This document shows, one piece after another, positions 32,920-45,789 of a stretch of DNA of 64,000 nt (the stretch's first letter is position 1; each line of letters starts with the position of its first letter). Source of the DNA: Azolla caroliniana (lineage: Eukaryota; Plantae; Polypodiophyta); the NCBI GenBank assembly GCA_043228905.1, contig JBHGNT010000013.1:5456001-5520000 (forward strand). Reading direction: 5' to 3'. Under the pieces are notes generated by a model that was given only the letters and a program-made list of their open reading frames with translations, was not told the origin of the DNA and made no database searches. The translations under genes were made by a program, and so were the position numbers.

Positions 32920-35900
32920 TTTGTAACAGTGTCGACATTGAGTTTTCTTGCTACCTCCTGGGTGTCCAGGTGTGCTGGAGCTTCAACTACCTGGATGTAG
33001 CCTTCAAGGCCCTTGTCGTGTAACTATCGTCGTAGAGCCGGGGAGATATAGATCGGCATGTCCTCCTATGGAGATTAATGAGGGGAGCGATTGGGGGGGG
33101 CAATGACCTCAAGCTTATTGTTGAGCGGCAAGCTCAATTGGAGCCGGATCGGCTGGATAAGCCTGAGCCGGTGAGCGAGACAGATCGGTGAGCCGGTGAG
33201 CACCCGATGAGCAAAAGAGCCGGTGAGCTGGGGAGCCGGTTAGTCGGATCCATCAGTAACCGGTTAGTCGGATCCATCAGTAACCGGAAGCCTAGTAGCA
33301 GCTAGACTACTAGGGAGTTATTACTCTCGTAGTTAGTGTAAGAGTGCTCCCGTATGGACTTGTATAAAAGTGTTCGTTGAACACATACGATGTACAGAGC
33401 GTTGATATAACTTTTGAATAGAGATTCTTGTTCTCTCTCTTTGCCTCTCCCGCATACTGTTAAGATCTCCATTAAACCTGCTCTTTGTTTTCTGTTTCTT
33501 ATTGCTTCCGCACGCTATTTGTTTTTACATGGTATAAGAACGCGAGAGTTGAGAACCTCTGCAGCCGACATTCGCTTTCGCAAGAAGAAAACCGAACCTT
33601 TGTAAAGAACAGAAGAAAACAAAAACAATGGATAGAGGAATGGCTAGCTCGCTTCCGGTGGAGAAGCTCAACAGATCCAGCTACGCATCTTGGTCATACA
33701 AGATGCACCAGTACTTGCTTGGGCATGGTTACTGGAGCTATGTCGTTGGAGCTAACGACACAGCACCTGATGCGGCACACAAGGACTTCCCGGTGTGGGA
33801 ACAATCGGCAAGCAGAGTGATGTACTGCTTTGTGTCCAGTGTTGGAGACCAGCTGCTAAGCCACGTCAATTACCGGCGGCTTCAAGACTTGCAAATGAAA
33901 CAAGTTGTTTTCAGTTTGCCGAAGTTTAGTGGCCGGAAGGCCCAAGTATGTGAAGCATGCCAAATCAGGAAGCAACACCGGCTTCCATTCCCCGCCGAAC
34001 AAAACTGTAGCCATAACAACCTTGACCTTATTCATTCGGATGTATGGGGACCGACACAGAACATGAGTCTTGACGGGAGTCGTTACTTCGTCTCCTTCAT
34101 CGACGACTATAGCCGGGACACATGGATCTACCTCATTGAGCGGAAGAGCGAAGTCTTTGACTGTTTCCAGAACCTCCAGAGCTTGGTGGAATGGGAATCG
34201 GAGAGGAAGATCAAGTGCCTGTGGTCAAACGGCCAAAAAGAATATTTTTCCGGCTAAATTCAACAGTTATCTGCAGCAAATAGGAATTCGAAGAGAGTTC
34301 AGCTGCAGATACACACCAAAGCAAAACGGTGTGGCCGAAAGGAAGAATCGGTCGTTTGTCGACGTGGCAAAGGCAATGCTGGAAGAGAAGAGCATGCCCC
34401 ATTTCTACTGGGTGGAGGCAAGGTCCGGATGGTCCGGATTGCATCTTGTTATATGTTGATGATCTGGTCATCACCGGACCCGGACTCGATGACATCAGCC
34501 GAGTCAAGTCCCAGTTGTCAGATGCGTTTGAGATGAAGGACCTGGGGGACCTTCATTATTTTCTTGGGATCGAGGTGATCCGAACCCCCGACAGCATATT
34601 GCTCTCATAGAGGCACTATGTGTTGAATATGTTGTACAAGTTCGGCATGAGCACCCAGTGAGCTGGGGGCCGGTTAGCCGGATCCATTAGTAATCGGAAG
34701 GCTAGTAGCAGCTAGACTACTAGGGAGTTATTACTCTTGTAGTTAGTGTTAGACGCTCGAGTGAGCATTGAAGTACACCGTACTTCAGTCAGTCCGTATG
34801 GACTTGTATAAAAGTGTTCGCTGAACACATACGATGTACAGAGCGTTGATATAATTTTTGAATAGAGATTCTTGTTCTCTCTCTCTGTCTCTCCCGAGTA
34901 CTGTTAATCTCTCCATTAAACATGTTCTCTGTTTTTTGTTTCTTATTGCTTCCGCATGCTATTTGTTTTTACACTTATTTTTCAGTGATGACGAGGTGAG
35001 TGTGGGAAGTGAGGAGAGAGAGGGGAGCGAGGAGAGAAAGGAGTTTGGGAATGTTTTTTGCGATTTGCAGAAAAATGGCTTTTGTCCTCCTTTTGTGAAG
35101 ATCTGAAGTGAGGGTTCAAGATTTTGCGAATCATTGTGTGGATGCATGTTCTTTCTACCTTGGAAAGTGTGTGTGCATGTGATCTCTTTAATAGTTGTGA
35201 CAATCCCTCCTTCTTTTTTCGTTTCAGACCTAATGGTTAAGGCTAGCTTTAAAATACATTAATGTTGCATGCCCACCAGTTGGCCCGTTTAGTTGCCGTT
35301 CCATTCGGCCCGATTCTTTACATTGGCATGAAACGGGTTTGGCGGCGTGGGTCCCTAATATAGCTTCAATCGAAATCCGTTGACCTTTTGACGCAAAACT
35401 CCTCTTGCCAAGGTGCATAGTTTGAGTGTCCCGTTCTCGGCTACTATTATCCAGTTGGGTCCGATCCATCGGAAACGTAATTTTCCCGGCATTTGGCCCA
35501 TGTGTGTTTGGAATACTATGACTGCATTTCCAATTTTAAATCGCTTCTAATTGGTCCTATGGTGCCGGTCTATGAATGCCTTCCGTTGCCGATGTTCGTA
35601 CTCCAAAATCTTCCATATTGTGGACTCTAGCTTCCCCTAATTCGAGTAGTTGTTGTAAGCAGATTTGCTCGAACTAGCCCTCCGACAGGCGTTCACAGAC
35701 TTGTACTGGGTATCTAAAATTCTACAAACATTACGGATTCTAGTCCAAACGCCAACCAGAATGGTGTTGATTGCACGATGGTTTTGAAACTAGTGTGGTA
35801 TACCCATAAGACACTGTGTAGGTTTGTGTCCCAGTCTGTGCGGTTGTTGTTGACGATCTTTTTCAAGATGTTCTAAAGTTTTTTATTCATCGATTCTACG

Positions 35901-36140
35901 AGTCCATTCGCATGTGGATAATATGGCGTACTTTTGTTGTGAACCACGGCATAATGTTCAGTGAGATCGTATACGACTATATTTAAGAAATGGCTTCCTT
36001 GATCGATGATTAGCTCGATAGGGCAATCGAAACGGCACCAAATCAGCTCATACATGAATTCCTTTGCATTGTTGGCCACCACAGACCTGCTTGCCATATT
36101 TTTGAGACCGTGACATCCCTCGCGTAGTGGCCCCATTGCC
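32920..36140 (-). mobile_element. Diverged relative (F) of the Gypsy A/B/C family: integrase (35480-36140), spacer and ORF3 start (32920-33070), interrupted by a Copia
   Basis: IWCRFDCPIELIIDQGSHFL..STPYYPHANGL. The stretch LHDKGLEGYIQVVEAPAHLDT resembles ORF3 FRQHGLDGFLTIMEAPSHREA. Confidence 0.75.
33119..34973 (+). mobile_element. Internally deleted Copia X-2 (1.85 kb)
   Basis: 5' LTR 33119-33529, PBS TGGTATAAGAAC, partial 3' LTR ~34648-34973, TSD CTTAT on both sides. Gag, IN and RT pieces are fused. Confidence 0.9.
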
Positions 36141-36149
36141 ATATTTTTC

Positions 36150-36540
36150 ATTGGGGTGCATGAACCTCAAGCCATCCACACACATTTGTCCACTTACACT
36201 CACACTCATATACATTTTAGATTGATACAACACTATACTCTTTCACCCTCACTCATCACACTCAAATCTCCATACATCTCATATGGTGACAATAGTAGTC
36301 GATGCCATGTGTTTGTGCGTACCCATTAGCCACTTGTCGGGCCTTGTACGTGTTGATCGAGCACTCGGCATTGTATTTCACCTTATACACTACGTACATC
36401 CAACCATCTTAACTTCTTTGGGGACATCAATGAGGTCTCCTGTCTCAATGTTAGGTAGAGGATGCATCTCTTCCTTCATAGCCACTTTCCATTTGGCGTC
36501 CTATGCCGCCTCTACGTAGCTCCTCTAGCTCACGTATCTC
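36150..36540 (-). mobile_element. LTR fragment plus degenerate Copia RT N-terminus
   Basis: Similar to 30975-31250. Reads KWKVAMKEEM..KVKYN..YKAR..GYAQTHGIDY. Confidence 0.7.
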
Positions 36541-36751
36541 TAGATAGATAAAAGATAAAAGAGTCAAATGTATATTAACAAGGAGTAAAAAAATAAACTA
36601 GCGAAACAACATTTACAAAGGAAAGAGGAGACTCCTTTATATTAAGTCACCCTCTCACTACATTATCTCATTAAAACACCTACTCTCTCTAGCAACTTGG
36701 GGAATATGGAAATTCATTAGCTACGTGTCATAAAATACGATTATAGGACAC

Positions 36752-37020
36752 TGTTAGGAAACAAGTCCCTCCAGATGGAAAGTGAGAAACCGGATGTGGA
36801 GTACCCGGCTACGAAAGACCCGGTGAGAATCGGATGACGAGTACCCGGCTACGGAAGACATAGTGAGAACCAGATGACGAGTACCCGGCTACGGAAGACC
36901 CGGTGAGAACTGGATGACGAGTGCCTGGCAAGCGCCGGATGATGCAGGCCCGGTGAGGAGTGCTCACCGGATGAAGGGACATATTCGTAAATATGTTTCT
37001 GAGGAGTGCTCACCGGATGA
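36752..37020 (+). repeat. Tork-like Copia LTR fragment with ~36-bp tandem repeats
   Basis: TGTTAGGAAAC start as at 48974. Repeated unit GAGTACCCGGCTACGGAAGACCCGGTGAGAACCGGATGAC. Confidence 0.75.
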
Positions 37021-40000
37021 TGCAAAATCCGACGTGGGAAGCATTTGAAGAAGCGTTAAAGACCACGTTCACCATCGAGGACTCCTCCAAGGCAACGCGG
37101 AGGGGATTCGAAGATTGGGTGGAAACGCCAGGTAAGGGGTTGAAGGTCATTGAAGTGTTTTCGTCATTCGAAAGTTGGTTCGGGTGGTTGTCCACGAGAG
37201 ATCAAACTATTCTTGCACTGGACAAAGTCATCATGTTTTTGCGAGCTGTGGACGTCGGGGACCAGAAAGATCTCAGAGTGCTTCTGGAGGACATGACCAC
37301 CGAAAACGGCCTCACCGAAACGTGGGATAGCGTGCGGGATATTGTCGCGCGATACACGAAGAGGGGGCAGTGGCTTGCTAACGAAGAGAAGAGGGTTTCG
37401 GAACCGATTCCGAAACTGAGATCCGGATTGGAGGACCATCAACTGCGGGCTCGAGAGACTACGACCGAGAAGGGGATTGACGCAACCACGGTGGAGCAGT
37501 TGCTGAAAGATATGGAGAATCTGAAAATTGCGATGGTGAAGAAGTCGGGAGACCGTCCCACAAACTCCAAGTATATGGACCGTCGATGTATATGGTGTGA
37601 TAGCACCGAACATGATCGGAGGGATTGCGACGAGCACAAGGAGGCATTAGGACGGGATCTTATCTACTACGAGGGAAATCAGATTCATTCGATGGACTCT
37701 CGGAAGCCACTCCGACCAAAATTCTGGAAAGGCGGCATGAAGAAGGTTCTAGAGGAGGAAATAGTGGCGAAAGGTAATTATGCGACAACCGCGGGAATAA
37801 GTGTGGGTGAGTCGTTGGGAGCAAAGGCGTCTTTTTGGCCGGATATGCTAGAAAACCCCGAGAAAACCGACTCTAATGAGATCCGAAGCACCACGGAAGG
37901 CATCCGTGAAGCTACAGGATGGGAGTGCCCCGTGGATAAGAATAACGTGTTTGCTTTATGCCAATTGCATGAAGTGTATGTAGATGAGAAGTGACGGCGC
38001 ACGGATGAGGCGGCCGATCCATCGAAGACACCGGAAAGCTGGAACTCCGGAGGTAAGGGAAAAGAAAAGATGATTCCGGCATTCAAGCTCGCCTCGGACA
38101 TCGAACAACAAACGGACTTGAAAAAGGTGTTTGAGGAGAGAATCCTCGATAGCCGGGTAGATTTTTCGCTTCGAGAATTACTCGGAATAGCGAAGAAGGA
38201 GTTCCACAATCTTCTTGTGGATCTCGTAAAGAGAAAAAGGCAAATTACGGAGGAGAACGTTCCAAGGGTGAATGCAAATACCGTTCTAATGAATGACACC
38301 GAATTGGAGGACGAAATATCGAATTCTCACTACACAAAGCCACACTGGGCACGCGCAACTACGGAAACTTCGGTTGGAATCGGTAACATCAAAGAACCCG
38401 TGGTAGCATTGATGGATCACGGATCGGAGATCAACTTGATGTCCAAGGAGTTCTACCGGAAGGGTAAGTGGCCTATTAACACGAATCATGGGTGGAAGAT
38501 CCGGGCAGCCACTAAAGCAACGGAAGAACTATTTGCGGCTTTGTCCGGATGTGATGGTGAAGATCGGGGATGTGGAGATAGACGAAAATTTCTTCGTGCA
38601 AGATGAGGTCTCACACTCCATGATCCTCGGGCAACCCTTTATCACGACATCACGGATGGAGATGAAGGTGTTGGATAGCAGTGCGGCTTTTGCGCGAATT
38701 TGGAGCCAAAACGGAGGGAAATCCGTCCAATTCCTAACGGTGCCGGAAAATCATGAAAGGAACAAGAGGGAGCTCTTGTCCCAAACGAAGATGGATTTTT
38801 TAGATTGAACTGTTGCAGAGAGGGGACGTGATAGTCCGAGAAGCCCTGATACCCCACACAGGAAGAAGACTCTCGGAGCAAAACAAGTACGAATCGGTCC
38901 GAATGGGGCATCCACGTACACGGCCGTAACCGGAGGAAAGAAGAAAGAATACCGAAAAGTGGAGGATAAGTTACGGTCGGCATCAATAATAAAAGAAGAC
39001 GAAGAAATCGTGGGAATAGTCGAAGAAGTGTTCTATGGGAGCACACTACAACAGCTTGAAGAGCTTGCGGAAGATACAAGCCAGGGAAACCGGGTAATTC
39101 CGGTGGAGTCGGTCGAGGTGTACGAGATCATTGTGAAAATGGGGCCGGATGCGCTCCGCAAAGAAGAAGCAATGGTAAGTACGAAATACAAGACCGTGGA
39201 GAAGAAAGTGAAACTGGCTGTGGGACCGTTAGCCGCAGATAGCAAACAAAAGAGGAAAGAAGTCTCGAGGGATCCGACACTTCGGAAGTCCATGGATATC
39301 GGACATGCCTTCACGGATGAGACCCGGAAGAAACTTCGGATCGGTGGAGGTGGGTTCCTATTAAAGAATGAAGAAGAACAATTCCGTGGGATGCTAGAGC
39401 AACATGGGAGAGCATTTGCATTTACATCGAAAGAAATAGGATGCGTTGACCCGAAGATAGTGCAGCCGATGGTGATCTTCACGACTGACCATGTGCCGTG
39501 GAACCTGAAGCCGATTCCGGTGCCATGAACGCATATTCCGAAAATCATCGACTTGCTCAAGGAGAAGGTGGCGATGGGGATTCTAGAGCCATCAAATGCT
39601 CTGTACTCAAATCGATGGTTTACGGTTCCGAAGAAGAATGGGTCACTCCGATTTATTCAAGATTTGCAACCGGTGAACAAGGTCACGATCCGAAACTCCA
39701 GAGTCGGTCCGATAGTGGACGAATTTGCGGAAGCATTTGCCGGTCGCGCGATATACTCCATCAGAGACCTATACTCCGGATATGACCAATTCCAACTAGC
39801 TGTGAAGAGCCGAGACATCACTATCATGCGGACACCGATAGGATTAGTTCGGATGTGTACGCTACCACAAGGCGCGACGAACTCAGTCGCACATATGATG
39901 AATGCGATGAACAAGGTGCTCCGGGATTGCATATCAGGGTGTGCGGTGGAAGAAAAAGATAAAGCTATGGATGAACGGGGATGCCGAAGGTTCGTAGTCA

Positions 40001-43000
40001 ACCATATCCGTGATTGTGAGAAAGTGTTACGGAAGTTAGAAGATGTGCATCTAACACTTTCCAGAGAGAAACCGGCATTCGGACAAGAAGAAATATTGGT
40101 AGTCGGACATCTATGTGGGCCCTACGGCCGAAGACCATCACCAACCAAGATCGATGCGATTCAAGCTATGAAAGAAGTATGCGAGTCACAATCCGAAGTC
40201 CGAAGGTTTCTTGGAGCATGTGCATTCTATCATATATGGATTCCGCGGTACGCACATATTGTAGACCCACTCTATCACTTGTTGCGGAAAAGGAAGAAGT
40301 TCAAATGGAAACCAGAACACACCGGAGCCATGAGGAAGCTCAAGAAAACACTGCGGAGGGCTGAAGCTCTAAAGAAGCCGAACTATGACCGACCGGTTAT
40401 AGTAACGGTTGATACAAGTCTAACCAGAATCGGATGGGTCATCAATCAACTCGACTCGGATGGTTCACGATATCAGATCCGATTCGGAGCAAAGGTTCTC
40501 AACAAAAGGCAACGCGGGTATGCGCAAGTCAAAAGAGAATTATGGGGAGTCGTGTCGGCAATCAAATCGGATCGAGATTATTTGATCGGAGCCAAAATAG
40601 TGATCGAAACGGATTGTCTTCCGATACTCGGGATGATGCGGTGTTGTACTATACCGGATGTGGCTATGCTAAGGTGGATTGCATATGTTAAGTCACTTAA
40701 TCCGGAGGTAAGACATAGCTCTGGAAAAGACAATGCTGTAGCGGATATGCTATCAAGGACGTGGTTCGGAGATGACATAACCGAATCCGATAATGAAGAA
40801 GTTTCCGAAGACTACTTTGCTTCGGAGCACATATGCCGGGTGGACGTAATCCAAGAATTCCGGGAAGAAGAATACGAGGGAGAAAGATTGTTGATCGGGA
40901 AAATGCTACGAGAAATCGAGGAATCATCGGACAATAAAGAGAAGAGAGCCGAGATCCGAAGTAAGAAATGGCAAGTCCGAAAGTTCTTCTTGAAAAATGG
41001 ATTTTTATGGGGGGAGCTGAAAAGACCGGGTGGCATACCACTTCGAGTAGTCGGGACAAAAGAGCAACGAAACTAGGTAATGTCCGTATTTCACGAATCT
41101 GATTGGGTTGGACATCGGGGAACATGGGCAACATTTGGGAAGATCAAGCAAAGATATTGGTGGAAGAATTTGTACAAAGATGTCGCGGAGTTCACGGAAA
41201 GCTGCGAGAAGTGTCAAATCTACTCCGGAGTTCGACACCGAGATGAGTTACATCCGACATTCTCAACGACAATCAACTTCAAATGGATGGTCGACATTGT
41301 AGCCATGCCAACCGGGATCGGACAAAAGAAGTACTTGGTGTTAGCTCGGGAAGATCTCACAAATCAAGTACAAGGTCGGGCGCTACAAAGAAAAACGTGT
41401 TCTGTGGTATGTCAATTTCTTTTGGAAGAAGTGTTTTGCAGGTACGGGTGCATAGGACAAGTGATTGCGGATCGGAGAGAATTTCACTCTGATAAAGCTA
41501 GGGGATTCTTCGCCAAACATGGAGTTCGGTTAACACTAACAACGGCATACAATCCGGAAGCCAACGGGAAGGTCAAGCGAGGACATAGTCCGCTCGTCAA
41601 AGCACTTGCCAAAGCATGCGACGGAAGGGTGATGGATTGGCTGCAGATGCTCCCGTATGCACTATGGGTGGATCGGACAACGCATAGCTCCGTAACCGGT
41701 TATATGCCGGAAGAACTTATGACCGGACAAGCACCGGTAATGCCGACGGAAACCGCAATCGTGACATGGACAATGCTACCATGGAAGGAAGAGATGAGCC
41801 GGGAAGAACTACTAGCGGTCCGGATAGGAAAATTGGAGGGAACACCGGAAGATGTAGCGGTAGCGTCACGCCGACAACAAGAAGCGCGACTCTGGAACAA
41901 AAGCCGGTTCAACACCAAGCACCGACTACGACCACGAAAGGTTGAAGAAGGAGATTGGGTGATTGTCTATGATAGTAGTTTGGATCATCCACATACAACG
42001 GTACGGAAGTTCGCAAAAAGGTGGTTCGGCCCATATGAGGTTCGGAAAGTTTTCGACAATGGAACTTACCGACTAAGTGAGTTGGATGGAACGATACTAC
42101 GAGTGCCTATAGCAGGGAAATGGGTGAAGATCTTCAAGAAGCGGACTAACAACGAATCTTATGTGGCCATAGACAAGACCGACAATGAGGAGCAACCGGA
42201 CAAAGATCGCGGTGATGCGGATAGCGAAGAAAGTGGACTTCAACTCGTAGTCGACATAAGGGAAGATTCGGAGATTGATACGGATGGAGGCGAATATGGA
42301 ACATCGGGAACTTCGGCACATACCGGAGGATGTGCGGGTTTAGAGGGGGTGAGTGTCGTAGTGTAATTCACACACTATGTGGAAATTGCATTTTGTCCAT
42401 CCGGATAGAGAATGAAATACCCGGTAAGAACCGGACGAAGAGGAACCATCAAGGAGGAATCGACAAGGAAGAGCCGGATGATGAAGGCCGGTGAGAGTCT
42501 CTTATGGGATGAAGAGACACAATTGTAAATAAAAGAAACATTAAAATTTCTGTGACGTGCATAGGGCAAGATTCAAACCCTGCACCTCCACGCAGACAAA
42601 CTCCAGCCTTACCATTATACTAACTTATTCTAAGTATTTTAAATATAGATTTAATACGTATAAAACCTTTATTTTCGCCTACCTTTATTAAAAGGTAAGT
42701 CATGCATTTTTAGAATGCGTGAAAACTTTATTTATATGTACACTAATAAAATTACGCATGCACATCTAGCGGGCATGAATGCTAAATTTAGGAAATCGTA
42801 GTGGGAAAAGTAAAGCATGCACATTTAGAGGGCATGAACACTTTAGAAAAGCAAGAAGCTATGTTTAGCCTCTCTCGTCCTTATATAAGGAGGAGAGAAA
42901 GATGTATAAGGTTGTTGGTTATTTTGGATTAAGTATTGATCAATATAAAAATTATTCGTGGGATTCACGATTTATGCATCTACTTCTCTCTTAACAACCT

Positions 43001-43166
43001 AAGTACCAATTAATATAGTATACTCATGTGATTCACAAGTTTCTTATCTTTCTCTTTGCTATCTACTCATAATTTATCTCTATCTCATGATCTCCTTTCT
43101 CCTAGTCCAAAACCCCAGTGGTTCCCACCCGACTCACGTAACGATCCGGTGTCGAGAGGCACGACA
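36993..43166 (+). mobile_element. 5'-truncated Ty3/Gypsy element E of a distinct lineage (gag, PR, RT, RH, IN, PPT, 3' LTR 42354-43166)
   Basis: CIWCDSTEHDRRDC, ALMDHGSEIN, LPQGATNS, VDTS..KRELWG, LAREDLTNQV, WFGPY. PPT AGAGGGGGTGAG. LTR TGTCGT...ACGACA. The RT DD motif region is deleted (RDCI|SGC). Confidence 0.9.
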
Positions 43167-44324
43167 ACGCCCTTCTCTTCTGCGCTGCTTCTTGTACCGA
43201 TGTGATGGTGCCTTATTTCCGAGCCACCTCCTCCTTTTGCTTACTGAGTTCGGTGGTTGTTAATGCGTGCACAACGATCTCTACATCTAGCTTCTCTTGA
43301 ACGGCTTTTACGGCCTTGCATCCTTTGGCCCGGATATCCCCCTCTTTATCCGACGACTCCCTGAGTTCTGATCGGAGCCATTCGATATCCACTTATGCCA
43401 GCTTCGTCGCACGCTTTGCTTTGGCCGTGATCGCCGCTTGGGCTTCCATCTCTTCCCATAGTGAGTGAAGTTCTGTTGTCGGGGAAGCAGGGTTGGGAGC
43501 TGATTCCGCCTGTGTTGGTGCGCCATGCTCTAGTTTTGCAATCCTCTACTATGTATTTTCTAGCTGTTGCTACGTTACTTTGATAGTTTTCCATTGAATT
43601 TTGTTTTCCTTCGCCATATCCTTGGCGCCCATGGTTACCATCACGAGCTCTATGTGTACTTAGACCAATGTCGTATTCAGTAGGGGTAGCTCGATGCCTA
43701 CTCGACGGACACTGGCATTTCTCTTTCGTCCTACCCTAGCGAACAGGCCTTCGTCCTCGCTCTCTATTGTTCGAGTAAACGCACACTCAATCATCTGGCA
43801 TTTAACGTGCTCTTCCACTATGACCGAACTGTGGTACCGAACTATAACAAGGCTCTGAACTTGTGGGTTGTATCCGGGATATTTGGATAGGATAATACTT
43901 CTTCTTCGGATGTGACAACGCCCTTACCTTGTTCCGATCATTCTCTATGAACTTTCTTCATCTTCCGACTCATTCGTGGGGAGTTCAGCTAGCCTACGTT
44001 TTGACGGCCGCAACATGGGTGTAAGGCAAATTGTTTCAGGGGCGGGGAGGGCTTGGGGGGGAAACAGAATAGTCAAGTATTGTTGAATGATGGGGAAAAG
44101 TTTCTTCTAGCCCAGGAACGTGTGAGGACCTTTGCACACAGTCGGACATGTTATGACTCCCAATTTCTTGTTCGCGTTTGTCGTCCCTGGGGTCGCCGGA
44201 TATGTGTGTGATACAGGGACGTACCAGGTTTCATCGTTTGCAATGGCTCCCACCCCGGGCCACGTATCAGATTATCGCGGCACGCCCGGACGAGAGAAAC
44301 ATTCATGATTCCACACACGAGGAT

Positions 44325-44399
44325 GTTATTGTAGTGTAGTGGCGAGTATCCCCACCTATCACGTGGGTGACCCACGTTCGATCCCTGGCATCAACGCCT
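44325..44399 (+). pseudogene. tRNA-Asp(GTC) pseudogene 1
   Basis: GTTATTGTAGTGTAGTGGCGAGTATCCCCACCTATCACGTGGGTGACCCACGTTCGATCCCTGGCA; anticodon mutated. Confidence 0.75.
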
Positions 44400-44770
44400 C
44401 CTTTGTTTTGGTCCCTGCTCAGTTCCTCGATGCCCTTGAGGATCCCCAAGAGCGACAATCCCTGTCCATTGTTGGCTCCCATGGGTGGCATCCCCATCCA
44501 GGGCCTCGTTCGGTTGTCTGACGCCCCTCGGCGATGCCCTCGAGGATCACCAAGAGTGACATTCATTGTCCGTTGCTGGCTCACACGGTGGGCATCCCCA
44601 TCCCGATGGGTTTCTTATTGGCGTGCGTCATTCCATAGTCGTCAGACACGTGTGTGATACGAGGACGTACCGGGTTTCATCGCTTGTAACGGTTCCCACC
44701 TTGGGCCACGTATCCGATAATCACAGCACGTCCGAACAAGAGGAACATCCACTACTCCCCACACGAGGAT

Positions 44771-44844
44771 GTCTTGTATTATAGTGTCGAGTATTCCCGC
44801 TTGTCACGTGGGTGACCTGGATTCGATCCAAGGCAACGTCGCCA
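44771..44844 (+). pseudogene. tRNA-Asp(GTC) pseudogene 2
   Basis: Retains TTGTCAC anticodon loop and ends GGCAACGTCGCCA. Confidence 0.8.
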
Positions 44845-45109
44845 ACTTTGGTTTGGGCCCCGCTTAGTTGCCCGACGCCCCTGGGCAATGCCCTCGAGGA
44901 TCACCAAGAGCGATATTCACTGTCCGTTGCTGGCTCCCACGGTGGGCATCCCTATCCCAATGGGTTTCTTGTTCGCGTGCATCGTCCCCGGGATCGTCGG
45001 ACACGTGTGTGATACGGGGACGTACCGGCTTTCATCGCTTGTAATGGCTCACACCCTGGGCCACATATCCGATAATCACGACACGTCCAAATGAGAGGAA
45101 CATGAAGAT

Positions 45110-45183
45110 GTCATTGTAGTATAGTGGCAAGTATACCGCCTACCATGCGGGTGACCTAGGTTCGATCCGAGGCAACGTCGCCA
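45110..45183 (+). pseudogene. tRNA-Asp-derived pseudogene 3
   Basis: A box TAGTATAGTGG, B box GGTTCGATCC, ends GCCA. Confidence 0.8.
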
Positions 45184-45425
45184 ACTTCCGTTTGGGGCCC
45201 ATTTTGTTGACCGACGCCATTGGGCGATGCCCTCGAGGATCCCTAAGAGCTCCCATGGTAGTCGTCCCCATCCCGATGGGTTTCTTGTTCGCGTGCATCG
45301 TCCCCGGGATCGTCGGACACGTGTGTGATACGGGGACGTACCGGCTTTCATCGCTTGTAATGGCTCACACCCTGGGCCACATATCCGATAATCACGACAC
45401 GTCCAAATGAGAGGAACATGAAGAT

Positions 45426-45499
45426 GTCATTGTAGTATAGTGGCAAGTATACCGCCTACCATGCGGGTGACCTAGGTTCGATCCGAGGCAACGTCGCCA
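45426..45499 (+). pseudogene. tRNA-Asp-derived pseudogene 4
   Basis: Identical to copy 3, 316 bp downstream. Confidence 0.8.
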
Positions 45500-45714
45500 A
45501 CTTCCGTTTGGGGCCCATTTTGTTGACCGACGCCATTGGGCGATGCCCTCGAGGATCCCTAAGAGCTCCCATGGTAGTCGTCCCCATCCCGATGGGTTTC
45601 TTGTTCGCGTGCATCGTCCCCGTAGTCGTCGGACACGGGACGTATCAGGTTTATTGTCCGATAATTGCGGCACCTCCGAATGAGAGGAACATCCGTGATT
45701 CCTCTCTCGAGAAT

Positions 45715-45789
45715 GTCATTGTAGTGTAGTGAGGAGTATTCTCGCCTATCGCGTGGGTGACCCGGATTCGATCCCCGGCAATGGCGCCG
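45715..45789 (+). pseudogene. tRNA-Asp-derived pseudogene 5
   Basis: GTCATTGTAGTGTAGTG...GGGTGACCCGGATTCGATCCCCGGCAATGGCG. Confidence 0.8.

Noticed and set aside
38791-38808. GGATTTT -1 frameshift site between PR and RT in Gypsy E
   Set aside because: It is plausible, but the flanking ORFs are in the same frame and the copy is too decayed to support it.
43167-44140. Possible degenerate gag fragment on the minus strand
   Set aside because: Only a vague knuckle-like remnant, so it cannot be assigned.
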